Positions 12,323 through 26,865 are shown, counted from the first letter of the stretch. The stretch is 64,000 bases of DNA from Rhizophagus irregularis (GCF_026210795.1 NC_089434.1:4464001-4528000); one strand, 5' to 3'. The notes: generated by a model from the letters alone, not told the origin. A program made the numbers and translations.

Positions 12323-13447
12323 GCTGGTTAAATCCGGTGACGATTTCCTTAATATGCATCAACTTTATACATACGATCCGCGTCAAGATTTGTGGTATTA
12401 AATCTTTACATGATAAAGTTTTGATATTGTTACGATATAGTTTCGATTTTAAAAGTTTCTGCAAAATAGGCACTAATAGAGTAATGAAATAAAATCATGA
12501 GATATGGAGTACGTAAAATTAATGTAATTCCCGACCAGTGGTATTAGAGTAACAAAATAAGTAATTTCATGAATTTTCATTTTAAGTGTTTCCAAATTTA
12601 GAAATATATCGTATATTAAAGAGAAGGTACACAAAAACGCACTACTTTAATATTGGAGGACATTATTAATCTTACACAACCGATCTTTGAAAATGTAGAA
12701 AATGTGGATAATAATACTTTTGAAGAAATTAATATAGACAGAAATGTGGATTTTATTCCTATTGATTTAGTTAATCAAATTTTAGAAAACTAATTTGTTA
12801 ATTGTTAATTTGTGATATTAAATTGAATAACCGAAACTCATACAGTAAATCATATGTCAAATTTGCCAAGTTTTAATTATTATATTTTAAGTTGCATGCG
12901 TCTTAAAATACGGCATACGTCATTATTTCAAATTTACTCTTGAGTTACGTGTCTGTCGTGTCATACGTCTATGACGTGACTTACCTTGAGGTTACGTCAC
13001 GTCATTTAAGGTAGTCTTAGCATAAATTTTTTACATTTTCCTTTAATTAAATTTGTAACCCCGCAGTTATTCGATTTCTTATAATAAATTAATGTTAAGT
13101 TCAATAGGTTAAATATATTTACGTAAATTAAATAAATAAATCGGCAGAAATTATGATTAATAAAAATCAATCGATACGAATAGGCTTGTAGGCGCGTGTA
13201 ATTAGTGAGCGTCAGATTTTTCGTAATTTCAAAATACCATCTATATGTTACGCACAGCTGCAAGTTACAGTATGATAAATTGTCAATTGCATAAATTTAT
13301 AGACAATGTTTAAAAATTAAGTGATCTTCATCTAATATTTTACTCGGATTTATCCTTTCAAAATCCTAGCCGACTGTAGTATTGTATTTGTTGCTACAGG
13401 TGCAGTATTGATAAGTCCGTTAGTTCCGATTTACGTCTTATACTATA

Positions 13448-13842
13448 CATGTTGCTGAAACTTTTTTTCAATTTCGGCCGCATTTCGGCTCCAAAATATA
13501 GCTACTTGTAGATATATCAATAAATTTTTTTAAACCTCAGATAATTTGGGCCAGATCTGCAGCAACTTTTAGCAGACTTCAGAAAATTTCGGCATAATTT
13601 GTAATAATTTCGAATCGGACTTTAAAGTTTTGGCCATATATTAAATATAGGTTGTCCGAAATTCCAGAGCCCTGCCGAAATTATGTAAGTTGGTCGAAAT
13701 TCCTCAAAAGTTCTTTCATAGGTTCTTCAGACCCGGATTAACCTATTTGAAGCCTAATTTCAGCCAGATCTATGAAATCAGATGATTTTGCTTTGAAGAG
13801 TTTGTCATGTGGACGAAATAGCCAAAATATTTCGGCAACATG
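13448..13842. mobile_element. TIR element flanked by TA/TATA
   Basis: catgttgctgaaa / tttcggcaacatg, tata on both sides, internal ccgaaat/atttcgg repeats. Confidence 0.7.
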
Positions 13843-14518
13843 TATATCTTATACCAAAATCGGTGGTAACAATGTTATTTATTAATTTTGTAAAATTATT
13901 TTTTTTTCCTCGTTGCGAAATTGTAATTCTAAAAGAAAAATTTCCTTAGATATTATGATAGAATTATAGATACTAGCTAAATAAACCCTAGATCAAGCAA
14001 GCAAACAATGACGTCGGTAGAAGTGAATTTGATTGCCATCCGTACACAAATCAGTCCCGATTTGGTTTCGATTTGAAAAGTTTCTGCAAAGAAGTTAAGC
14101 ATTTTTTTAAGTTTTGGTCGTTAAAAAAATTATTTAATAATAATATCATAAGCAAAAGTGTAAAAGCCTTTAATGATGTCTTGTAAAAAATAATGTAAAG
14201 AGTAAATACTTTAATTTTTTTCCACGATCTATCCATAATCTCTTCACGATCCCCGACGCGGTAATAATTAAACGTTTTATATAAAGGGAAAATGCATATC
14301 TCGCAGTTAAAATCTCGCATTCTGTAACAAAAAAAGAAATTCTTAATATACAAACTTTTTTAAAAAATGTCTAATATGTGTATTTTCCCCTGCTCTGCAA
14401 GTTTACTTAATTCTGGTCAGAATTAAATGATCGTCATACAGAATATCCTTTTTGGAATAAAGGCGAGATTTAAACATCACACAATCACACATGGGTGCGA
14501 GATCTAAATTTACCCTAC

Positions 14519-16326
14519 GAGAAATTTATTCCTCACCCTCCAATCACGTGAAATTTAACGTTTATAATTTTTTTTTTAAAAAAAATTAGTAACGCGTTTA
14601 TTAATTATGGTTATTTTAAAAAAAAATTACAGAAGACTATCTAAATACTACACTAAACTATTATGTAATTTAACTCTCGTTCCCCAATTATTTTTAATCG
14701 ATCTATCCACTAGTTACATCACCTAATAAACTATCTCTTGTTACTAATTTAATTAATTTTCTGTATTTTTTTCATTTAAACTATTTTTATTTGTTTTTTC
14801 ATTTTTTCTTTTCTTGATTTTTTATTACCGTCCCTATCATCATCATCATCTTTTCTTTTTTTCCTTTTTCTCTTATCCTTATTATCTATACCCTTATCTT
14901 TCTCTATTTCAGCCACTTCATCGTTCTTAACGTTTATAATTAGTACATGCGTCAATTGCGTCATCATATAAAACTATTTGTTTCGCTTTATTTTCTTTAG
15001 CAGCTGACGGCCAGAATTTTTTTTCTTTGGTATCAGGTATGTTTCTTTATTTTTTTTCTTCCTTATTTGTTTATTTAATATTACATTTCTAACTTCTTTC
15101 CTTTTTTCTTTCTTTTAAGTCTTTGGGCCTTTTGGTTTCGCGTTTAAAGGTATGTTTCCTCTTTTTTGTTTTCGTTCCTTACTTTTCATTTTTTAATTCC
15201 TTTTTCTTTTTTTTTCGGGTCTTTAGATTTTCGACTCTATGGTTAAAAATAAGTTTTTATTCTTTTTCTTTTTTTTCTTTGTTTTTTGTTCTTGCTTTTT
15301 ATTTCTAATACTTTTTTTTCTTTCTTCAGTAGGTTCTTCTTCGGGTTTGCAGTCAAAGGTGTGTCTTTGCTTTCCTTTTTATTTTGTTTTTTATATTTTG
15401 TTTCATACTAAATACTAACTATATTCTATTCTTTATTTTATGGGTTTCTCATTTACGGGTTTTGTCCTTTCTTTGTTTTAAATTTTTGTGGGTTGCTTTT
15501 CGTTCTTCTTCCCCCTTTTTGCTCTTTTTCGTTTCTCCTTCCCTTTTTCTTGTTTTCTTTCGTCCCTTCTTTTCTTATTATCTTTCATTCCTTCTTCCCT
15601 TTTCCTTGTTCTTTTTTATCCTCCTCCTTATTATTTTTCGTTTCTTCTCTTTTTTATTACTCTTATTCGTTCCCCCTTCTCTTTTTCTTACTTTTTTCAC
15701 CCTCTTTCTTTTCTCTTATCCTTTTTCGCTCCTCTTTTTTTTATTATTCTTTTTCTTCCTTTTCTTGTTCTTTTTTATTTCCTTTTCCTTTTTTCGCTCT
15801 TTCTCATTTTCATCTATTTTTTTCATCATGTTTCGTTCCCTATTGTTTTTTCGTCCTTTATTATCTTTTTTTCACCTTATCTTTATCTCCCATCATTTTT
15901 CATCATCTTTTCATTTTGTTCATCACCTTTTCATCTTTATTATTTCGTTCATTACATTTCATCTCTTATGTTTTTTTCGTTACCTAGTTTGTTTGTTGTT
16001 AAAACAAAATGTATATTTCTTGACTCGGAAGTAAAACCTGCCTGTTAGGTGATCATGTTTTTCTGATATATTACTCGTATGTAGCGCTCTTGTCTTTGAC
16101 TTGTTTTGTTATATATTTAGTAAATTAATAAACATCAATTATTTCTTTGCTATATAAAAAAAAATGTATATTTCTTGATTTTGATCGGTATTTCTTAAAA
16201 TACTTATGAAAATAAAGTCTTTGTTGTTAATTTTCTAATCAAAAACATAAATAAATTCGTGTACTGTTAATTAGCCAATCAACATTTAGGAGTGAGGACT
16301 CACCCGGTGTGAGGAATAACTCTATC
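14519..16326 (+). mobile_element. Non-autonomous TIR element (possibly Sola2-like) with micro-exons and a long polypyrimidine tract
   Basis: TIR gagaaatttattcctcac versus reverse complement gatagagttattcctcac (15/18); flanks ctac / ctat (imperfect 4-bp TSD). Confidence 0.55.
14570..14926 (-). mobile_element. Heavily 5'-truncated LINE tail
   Basis: 15-bp TSD ttaacgtttataatt at 14555-14569 and 14927-14941; T-run at the left end. The peptide IKLVTRDSLLGDVTSG..WGTRVKL resembles IKIVTLGKLTNAVTDG..WDTSTKL of the 5730-7559 ORF. Confidence 0.85.
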
Positions 16327-17639
16327 CTATATATATTTATAAAAAAAAATAACTTGATCTTTAAATTCATCATTTCATTCAAAATATCTTAAATTTGTTT
16401 GAGCTTTGATTAATTCTACTATTCCATAATTAGTTTATACGCATTTATTGATTTTAATTTTTTGTATACATTTACAGATTTTTCTTAATTCACAAAGGTA
16501 GAGATTAATTATGGTGTCACAGACTAATTCTGAGAGTAATTCTATTCGTGGATAAGCTTCTGAGAATCGATGATCAGTGTTTACCACGTCGAGTCGTCAA
16601 GATATTGTACTCTTGAACATTTACTTAACAAGAGTTGGTAAATTTCTTGTTCTAATAAAAGAAATTGATTATGAGGTAAATGAGATCCAATAAAAATTAT
16701 TATTAATAGTCTTTACAGTGATACTTCTGCCATAAGATAAATAATCAAATACTGGAGGCAATTCAATTCTTGATTTGTTAAGAGTCGTTTCATGTCATTA
16801 GGTAAATACTAGGAAGCGATAACGTTGAATAAATAGATTTCTTTTTCCGACAATTTTATGATAAAGCCAAGGATTCCTCCATAAAATTGGAATTGCAGCT
16901 ATGCACCAAAGTCTATTTACTATTGAACATGAATGTAGAATATTTAAATCATCTTAAATATCAACTTTATTAAGATTGGACATTTTTTTTTTTGATTTCT
17001 ACCAACTGGAATAATGCCTTTAAATATAATTTTCGTCTAAAAACCCAATACATATGTCAAACACGGCTTGCCATACGTATGACAATCACATAACGATATT
17101 TTACGATAAAAACTAATAAAATATCATGTTTTCAAATATATTATGCATATATTATAAAAAATGGTGCTGTATAATTAATTCCTTATAAGAAAAAGATTCG
17201 ATTCATAAACTTGTTTATGATACTTACGATTGCTGTATATATTTTAATTAATTTGAAATTTTAGTTTTTGCCTCAATTAATTTTTCCATTTTATTCACTA
17301 TTCTGTTATCCATTTCATCCGTACAACATCTGAGTTAATAAACATGTCGGACATACCCGAGATGAATGTAGACATATAAATAACCCTTGACTTGTTCATG
17401 TAGGATCTGCAAATTTTATTTTAGTTGTTTATGTATCTAATATTCATATATTTTATTTTTTTATATTGATGTTAATTGTAATAATGATACAGTCGTGTAT
17501 GCAGTTGAAAATACAGCGTCCATAAAAAAAAAAATCTTCCTTATTTTTATGGTTGGTCAATTATTTCAATCAGTAGTAATGTATAATGACGGTATATTGG
17601 CGCAGAAAAATTAACTATTGTATTTGACATATTTTCATA

Positions 17640-19110
17640 ATTTTGATAATTTTGGCCAAAATCAGTAACATTAGATTTCCTTTTTCGTTTTAGAACAAGG
17701 TATATATGGTAAAGAAGTTCTATAGATTTGTTCCAGACTCCTAATAAAGAAATACAAATATAACAATAGAATAATCAGAAGAATAAGTTATGCAGCTTAT
17801 TCATACGTACATTGAAATTACACAAAAGGAATAATAAATAGGAATTAAAAAAAGAAATTTTTATTTAATTATTATAAAATTATGTTGTTTATTATAAATT
17901 TTCTAAATCAAACCATTGAATAATTAATTTCAATGACATAAACACATGTGAAAAATATATTAAACATATTAAATAATTTTACAAAGAACTTATACAACTA
18001 AAAGCGTCAATAAGAACTTTCAAAATCTAGTTTAAGTAAGGGTTTACTTGATTCTAACAAGTTCAAAATGAAAATTTAATTAATAATTCTTTTGAAAAAA
18101 TACATTTTCGGAAAACACAAATGCATATTGGCGCACCAGAATTGGTCATATGCCATCTTTTATTTATTATTTTTTTTAAAAAAAAAATCAAAATGCTCAA
18201 TATTAGTCGATCGACTTACGTGTAATGGAGTTTTTCCTATTGCGCCCTATCTCTTTACGAAATAATTACAATTGATTGAAAAGTTAACCAATCCTTCATA
18301 CTGTATTAATTACTCTCCAAAATCCGCTAGATAAATGCATTAACATATAAGCTATAACCGATTTTCAAAATTCTTTTAAATTTTGGCTGCGGAAGAAAAT
18401 TGATGTCACGGGTAATGCAGATGATTACGTCAACTCAATAGTAAAAACGTAGAATTCCAAAATTTTATGGTAAATCCCTTTTTTTTTAAAAAAAAAAATC
18501 AACCCCATTTTTTGAAAAAAAAAATAAATAATTTATCTAAATTTAGTTTCTTTTAAAAAAAAATTTATCTAAACAGATGACCAATTCTGAAACGTCAACA
18601 TGCATCGGAGTTTCCAGAAATGCAGCTTTTTTAAAAAACTTTATTAATTTAATGTCATTTCGAACCCTCTGGAATCAAGTAAAATGGATTATGAAAGCTT
18701 CTATGACGTCTTTTGTGTCGAGTAATTCATTGTAAAATTTTATAAGAATCATACTTGTTTCACATATGTTTACGCCATTTGAAATTATTTATTTAATTGT
18801 TTGATTTAAAAAATTTAAAATAAACAACATATTTTTATAATAAAGAAACAAAAATAGTTAATTTTAATCCTTATTTATTATTCCTTTTACAGAAGTTCAT
18901 TACATGTATGAATTAACGCCTTTGATGATCCTATTGTTCTTTGCATTCTTTGTGTAATTCCTTTTAAAGGTTTGGAACAAATCTATAGAACGTCTTTACC
19001 ATTCTTCGTTAAAAAACAAAAAAGGAAATCTGACGTTATCTGACTTTGGCCAAAATTATGAAAATTATCACGGGTTTTAGCTGAGGATCTGCAAATTTAC
19101 TTTATCTGGA
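17640..19110. repeat. Head-to-head pair of diverged copies of a small gene-like repeat family
   Basis: 17640-18160 (minus) aligns with 18570-19060 (plus) at gatgaccaattctg, aatcaagtaaa, ggaacaaatctataga and tttggccaaaattat. Confidence 0.75.
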
Positions 19111-20639
19111 TGATTGATCATCTAAAACTATCTAAAACTCTTTATACGTTAGCCATTCGCATCTACAGATCAAATTTCTATAATCAGAATCATATGAACA
19201 CATTTTTTTTTCTCTAATGGTGATATGATTTATTTATTTTGGTTAATGTATACTTATAATATCAGACAATATAATAGTGATAACAGAAAATATATACGCT
19301 AGTATAAATGATAAATGATTGTAGTTGTATAATTTATATTATTATAAATAAAGAATTTAGTTAGCTTAAATTATAGCAATTATTATAAAAATATGTAATA
19401 ATAAATTTAACTTAAATATACTCAATGGAATAACATTGTACATGACGTATACACCGATGGATTTTATACTTTTTTATATTTTTTTATACCGGTGAAGTAA
19501 TTTGCAAAAAAATCCATCGGTGTATACATAATACTGACGGGATAATAGTAAATAACTTACGTCCTATAATTTTTTAAATAAAGAATTATACTGTAACTTG
19601 CAAACTAACATAAATTACCGAATAATTATTAAATAATATAAATAATGACGGCAGAATATACTGTAAATAAATAACTTACGTTCTATATTATTAATAACGA
19701 ATTTAGTTAGTTTAAATTATACTCTTGATTTATTGGTATTCCTTGATTTTACAGGAGTATATTAAATATGATCGTCTAATTGGAAGTTTTGTTAACAAAG
19801 AAATTCTTTCGGATTCTTCTACTGTAGATGAAAAACTGGCATCGGGAATTATCGGGTTTCACAAACTAATACATATACGGTAATAATATTCGGACAAAAG
19901 CATTTTTATGATTATGTTGGCAGAACCAATGCAACAATAACCAAATACGTGAAACAAAATCGGAGTATGCATTCTTTCAAAAAAAAAATATATATATAAA
20001 TGCTAAATTTTGTGCTGGATCAAATCAACTTCTAGTAATAGCAAACCATTAATTTTTATACATATAAACTGCTTCTCTCTTAATCGCAATTTCACGATAC
20101 TTTTCGTATCAATCTCTAATAAGAACTCCTTAGAGAACAATATATTCGTATTATTAGAAGATTTAGTTATTCTTTGATCAACCTATTGTAATTGATAAAA
20201 GTATAAACTTGACGTACTATTCAAAGATAACACATTTGATCTCGGATCCTTTACAACTTATTGAATCAAAATATAATACATCTTAGATATTTTAATAACC
20301 GGATCAATTTAATTTTCTAACACACCCCCCCCTCCCCCCCTCCAAATTTTAATTTAGATAGACACCAAAAAAAAGCAAAATTTTATCAATTTTTTAAATC
20401 CTCCCTCCTTCCTCTCAAAAATTTTGGTCCATATAGATATTAAAAAAAAAATTTTTATAATATTCCCCCATGGAAATCTAATTTTTAGATTTCTTTTTTA
20501 TTACTTTTCCCTCCCCCCCGTCCCCTCATTTTTTAAAAAAAATTTTGTAATTTATTTTTGTCCCTCCCTTCCCCCTCTTTTTAATAAAAATTCTTGTTAA
20601 ATAGAAAATCCAATTGGCCTGGCCTTATTTTTAATTTTT

Positions 20640-21215
20640 AAATTCATCCGCGATCATAAATCTGCACGGTCTTACCAAAAATTCAGATTGTCCTGCAGAT
20701 AATATAGTCATTATGGACTATGCATGTAGTGGAAATTTAAGAAGAAACAAGTAAAAAGAATTGGAGAAATTTATAGACAAGATATTTCCATCATAATGAT
20801 GGAAATATTTTACTTCATAAAGATGTGGATGAAAAAATTTAAAGATACCCACAATGTTACGTCAATTTAATGAAAAGGTGTTGAGATGAAGATCCAAATG
20901 AAAGACCATCAACATCCGAAGTTTTGGAAGATTGGATTTATCTTTCTGATGAAAAGAAAATTGAAGATATTAATGAGGAAATAAAAGACCAAATTATGGA
21001 ATTTGGCACGGTGGTATTATCACATTAAACGAAGAAGATATTCCAGAAATACTACGAGTGTTAGGTGCTGCTGATCAACTTCACCTCCAAGAACTAGTTG
21101 ACTTTTTACAAAAATATTTAATTGAGAATAAATCTGAGTAAGAATATTACTACAGATTCTCATCCACAAGCGGAATGTCTAAATTGTATGATTGATGACA
21201 CTAAGAAAATTAATT
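20640..21215 (+). pseudogene. Tyrosine-kinase-like kinase pseudogene with an embedded BTB fragment
   Basis: HGLTKNS..VIMDYACSGNLRR, DGNILL, IPQCYVNLMKRC*DEDPNERPS; then GGIITLNEEDIPEILRVLGAADQLHLQELVDFLQKYLIENKSE (BTB); then SHPQAECLNCMIDD. Confidence 0.8.
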
Positions 21216-21304
21216 AATGACTAAAGTAATAATTCTATAGTTTTTCTTTATATCATTATACTGTATATATAATTGAATTAAAAAGCTTTAACATGATATC
21301 ATTT

Positions 21305-21384
21305 TCCTATAAACATTTTCTAATTTTTACTCCAGAAAAACTCAGACATGTGATCAAATTTTTTTAAAAAAAAATTTTATAGAG
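21305..21384 (-). mobile_element. Decayed mini CCCTATA MITE (reverse copy of the 25874 and 45691 elements)
   Basis: Contains aaactcagacatgtgatca, the reverse complement of tgatcacgtgtctgagttt with one mismatch; ttt flanks. Confidence 0.6.
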
Positions 21385-22089
21385 TTTGACTGAACAATAA
21401 AAAATTAAATTAAACAAGATAATCTTAAATCAACCTAGTCAGATTTAAGGCTATCTTTAATATCTCAAATTACCAATTGCATATTTTTTATAAAATGTAT
21501 AAAATGTTCGATTTTTTTCGTCCTACATAGGACATTGTTTCAAATTTCCATATGTACAAGTAGTTAGTGCATAACAAGAAGATAAAAATTCAAACTTGTA
21601 ATTAAAATTATTATCATACAAATTTTATGCAATTTATTGTAGAGATAAGTATTCGATATATAAACTTGTTAATGTATGAGAACGTATTTTTGAAACATAT
21701 GACCAGCTTCAAACGACAAATAATAAATGATTGTGGAAAATTGAAAAAAAAATATTAAAGAAATAATTTTTTTTTATTATTTAATAATTATATTTTGATA
21801 TAATTATTATTAAACTTTCAGTTATACTTTATATTAACAGCAGCAGTAAGTAAACACATTTAATAAAATAATTTTTGTAAACTAAATACATATAATAAAA
21901 ATTAATTTATTTATGATTTGGAGGCTGCACTTCAATTTTATTAATTTTATAGAGTTTCGCGCCAGTTAATTATAGAATAGATGACGCAAATTAAGGGAAT
22001 TTCTATCCTGGTGATTTTTGGCGCTAATTTATTAGATCTTTTTTAAAAACTTTTGCACTAGTAAAAAACATAACTTGAGAATCAAACAC

Positions 22090-23004
22090 TACGTTTAAGG
22101 CATCAGATGCGAAGATACAATATCATATTATTCAACTCACAATTAATTCAATTATTGCACTCAATCACAAATCACAATGTTCGATACCGAAACCAAAATA
22201 CACTTCACGATTATATTATCGAGGCGCCGGCGAGTGATGTCATAACTTTCTTCATTAAAACAGAAATAATAACTTTGGACTTAAGTCACTTAACCACAGC
22301 GGTACACCCAATCTACTTCATTAATACTACATCAATTTCCCGCTTCATTAGCTAATTTCGTTCAAAGCTATGTCAAAAAATTTTCCTCTTAAAAAAGGTC
22401 AACTTAAATACAGTTCAAGCGATCCAAAAGGATATCTTCGAAGAAATATGGATGGCTCACAACCGATACCTTAAAGATTGGGAAACTCTCGATAATATCA
22501 CTAAAAATCACAAGAAATCTTACGATACGTTTAGTGACGCAGCTAATATCGCACGTCGTCGTCAACATCACAATTCAAGATCCTTATACCCGAACGCGAT
22601 CAAAGGCGGGGTCGACACATTTTACCCCGATGTGGATGGTTTGTCATCAATCCTTGGCTTATTAAAGTACAAATATTACTTCCAACTATTTACATTCGGG
22701 TGGATGGACTTCATTTATTAATACTTATGATTCAATAGAAAATTTTTTTTTATATTTTCTTTATTTTCTAGTTTTTTTAGTTTAGATTCTTTTATTTTTA
22801 CTTTTAATATTTCTAATAAAACTGGTCATGCCTAGATACTAGTTCGAGGTATGTATTAGGCGGGACGGTCTCACGCGTGGGATTAAGTTTCAACTCTTTC
22901 AGTTGAATGAACAGTTTTATTACTTTATTTTAAAGTGATTGCTACATACTTGTTGTACTTCTGTTCTGTCGTTATGTTAAAAATAAAAATAAAAATAAAA
23001 AAAA
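22090..23004 (+). mobile_element. Degraded LINE 3' end
   Basis: Frameshifted coding-like segment with IFEEIWMAHNRYLKDWE (LINE C-terminal IW..WE pattern), T-rich 3' UTR and (TAAAAA)n/poly-A tail. No TSD found. Confidence 0.6.
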
Positions 23005-25873
23005 GTAATGGTCGTTTCACAAGAAGCTTAAATATCATTGATTATCACGATCCGTACGAAATCAAAATCAAAGTTGGTATAAAAAATGTTTTTATTAAAA
23101 TATGTAATTTCTAATAATTAGTATCAATTAAAATTATTAAAATTTCGATTAAAAAAAAAAAGAGGTTATAAAGTAAAATCGAAAGTATACAACACTCTCA
23201 CTATATGATCTCTATAATTCTAAATAAAAATTTTCGTACTAATAAAATTCCGAACCATAAATAGTTACTGTATATTCACCACACTACCACTACCACATAA
23301 AATGTTTAACAAAGTTTCAAATTTTGTATAAACTTGAAATAAAGAACCTTTGGCCTTATTTTTATTAAATTACGGCAAGTTTTGTTATTTCAAATTAACG
23401 GATTTTTTTTCTTTAGGCGAAAATTGAAACTTTTGGAATCTCGGGGTATGGGATTACGGGGCTACCATCATCAGTCATATCGACATTGAGCCAACCAATC
23501 CAACCATATTGAGAAATATTTCCAATTCCATTATTTTAGTTCGGTCAAGGGCTAGCTTCGTCAGGTAGGACAAAAAAATCAACCGTTTCGAAAATTTATT
23601 AGGACGAATATATTCATTTAGAATTATATGATTATAGAATGAAAATATCGTCTCCTGTTCAATGTTTAATTTGAAATACGAAGGATATGGAGGGAAAGTG
23701 ATTTTTTTTAATTGTTTTACATGATTTTTTTTATTTTTATTTTTATTTTTAATTTTTTATGGGCCTTTTTACTAGCTATTTTATATTATATTGATATTAG
23801 TTGCCTGTCCTGTATGCCATATTTAGGAAGTTATTTAATGATGGAATTTTAAAATTAATATGTTAGTTGCGAGACAAATAAACTTTAATGAACTACAATC
23901 ACCACCATTTTTATTATCTGAAACTTATTTATATGCTATATATGTCAAACAAATAAGAATGATAATAATTTAACCGGTTACTCGGAATTATGAACTTACA
24001 AATCTTTAACTGATATATAGTAAAGATCAAAGAAGTTTTGTTAAACTGAATTAGAAACAATGGACAGAATATGTTATACGTGCCGATTGACCTTAGTCAC
24101 GTGCTTATTACTACTCAGTATATAGGATACGGAAATCATCATCTCATCCATGGCTCATTCATGGTGTCTCATTAAAATACAGTCTTAAATTTGTTAATAA
24201 CAACGATCAATCGTATATTCTTCGTAAATCTACAGTACTTACTCTCACAACAAATAGTGATAATGCTAGTAATTCATTTCGGAGATTCACTATTTCGCAT
24301 CATTATCGAAATTTAAATGAGAAATTTCTATTTACATGCGGTAAAACCTACTTTCCTAAGCGATATTTGTATGCAATTTCCATAAATATACATTCGGAAC
24401 ATTCAATTGATTTACCTCATTAATGATCAAATTAAATTTTAGCAATTTTTTCAAATGATGTAATTTGATTTGTAGTTCGTGTAACAATCTTACAGACTTA
24501 TACCAATTAAATTTGCATTTGAAAGAAATATTTTGTTTAATAAACAATCATTAATTTATTAAACTTAATATCGTGAGATAGTACAAATATCTCATTCAAA
24601 TAGATGTAAGATTGGACAATCAATAGCGATATCATTGATTACTATGCATATCCATACTATAGAAGTATGGTCCAAAAATTTGAAATAAACTCGTTTACTC
24701 CTGGTTTCAGAGATTCCCGATCCTGTAATCCATTTTTGGGATAATTAAAGTTTATCGCACCCCCACTTAGGCGCCGATCAAGGTTATAACCTCATTATTT
24801 ATGTCACAAGTGTATATGTTATAACCTTTGAGTGGGGGTGGTTAAAAACAACAGATTTGCTTACATTATAAATCAAGAATTCAAAAAAAAAAAAATCCAA
24901 TCAAAAACGGTTCTAAATAAAAAATTTTAGTACTATATATCGACGAAATTATCAAACTTGCTGTTTGATAACGCATTTAATTGGAGTAAGAAAATATGTT
25001 ACAACTGAAATTCGAGGGTAAAACCGAATTTTTTCATTATTCAAAGTCAAATTTATACTACTGTTTGATAGCAAGGGGTTCTAATAGTACTTTTAATGAG
25101 CTTCACGAAAAATTCCTGAAAAAGACCTCAATCGAGAAAAAAAGAACTTCAATACTCCAATCGATGACGGAAACGATAATCGAATCTAATTAACTTATCT
25201 CGAAAGATAAAATGCCAAACTAATAATCTAACACCGTTGAAATATAAGAAAAGTTCATCAATTATCATGCTTGTTAAATTTTGAAACTATTAACAATTTA
25301 TAAATATGATTATTAAATCTTATAATGAATCTTGCGCTAGAAGAAAATACAGAATTTTTTTTTTAGTAAACCGTACGTATAATTTTTTACTTTTATATCT
25401 TTATAATAATTTTACTGAAATTTAAAATAATTCTTTATATTTCGTATAGGAAATTGATTCGCTAGAAACATCATTGCTCAGATCGACTTTTAACCGGTAA
25501 AATTTGATTAAGCGTACGATCAGTTGTACCTGCGCAGCTGGAGAAGAGCACGTTTTAAATTTCCGCGCATGCGATTGAATAGCGACGCTTACTAAAATAT
25601 AATTATTAAATGATTATATTTTATGTTTACATTTCTCCTAATCTCATTTATTAAAAAGTAACAAGATTATACCTTGTGTTTCCACTTTACCTTACGGTAA
25701 AACCTCGTCCTCAAAACTAATTTTATAATCCTTATCTCAAGGTAAATTATTTAAAAATTATTTTTATGTTCTTTATTATAAAATTCTTTAGTATTTCTAA
25801 AACATTACTGATAATTTATACTAGTGGTGACAACTAACGAAATACGAACAAATTTACGAATAATAAAGGATCA

Positions 25874-25960
25874 CCCTATAAAAATTTCAGAAAAATGATC
25901 ACGTGTCTGAGTTTCTTCGGAATAAAACCGGAGTTTTTTCCAGAAATTTTTTTATTAGGG
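25874..25960 (+). mobile_element. 87-bp CCCTATA mini-MITE, 3-bp TSD
   Basis: ccctata...ttaggg; TSD tca at 25871-25873 and 25961-25963. Confidence 0.8.
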
Positions 25961-26865
25961 TCAATCTGTCGGGAAACGGTCCGTAAGCGATATGTAGTTG
26001 GAGATTATTAATTATTTATTAAATATTAACAGCGCATCGTTTCAGATCGCGAAAAAAAAAATTTCAACGATAACTTTTTATTTTAATTAAAATACTATTC
26101 TATATTTTAGCATTTCCAATCATTTTAAATAAATGATTTAAGTAAAAACAGAGTATGCATCGGAAAATCTATTATCCCTGATAATTCCGATAAACCACTC
26201 CCATTCAGGTGATCATCAAAGACTATAACCTTACTATTTATGTCACAAGTGTATATGTTATAACCTTATATGGAGCAGCTAGCTCACTCGGATCCTGTTT
26301 TTAACTGCCTGTATTCCAAATTTAGGAGGATAATTTTTAATTGGAGGAAAAACAAATAATCCGGCGGATGCATATGATAAGATATCTTTGTGTTCTCGCT
26401 AATAATGATTTAAAAAAATCTAAATTTAAATGCACTTGTCTCCTGAATTAAATACTTTAATAAACGAAACAAGAGGAGAAAATAAAGCATTATATTTTAA
26501 AAAAAATTATTTTTCTTTTATGATAATTTTCTAATATGACTGACGATCGAAATTTTTTTTTTTTTTTTTGAAGTAAATATAATATGACTGACGATCGTAT
26601 GTTCAGCAATATATGAAAATTTGACAATCAAACTGATGACTTATTTAGTCAATTTTGCTATTATAACAATTACGCGTAATTAATTGTGTCGGATCGGGGA
26701 TATGTATTTTTAAACTGAAACATATTGCAATTTTAGTGATAAGTTTGTAACCTATTAAATTCTTTGAGGCATAGTTTTAAAATCAGATTCCATTCCAATA
26801 ATAAATATCGCAAAATTAAATAAGTTAATAAAAAACTTTTATCAACACACACTCCAACTGAAATA

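Noticed and set aside
15384..16048. Three overlapping long F/S/L-rich ORFs
   Set aside because: Artefact of a polypyrimidine tract that lacks stop codons in all frames.
20320..20580. C-rich tracts as telomeric repeats
   Set aside because: Irregular cccctcc runs with no TTAGGG periodicity; probably a decayed element.
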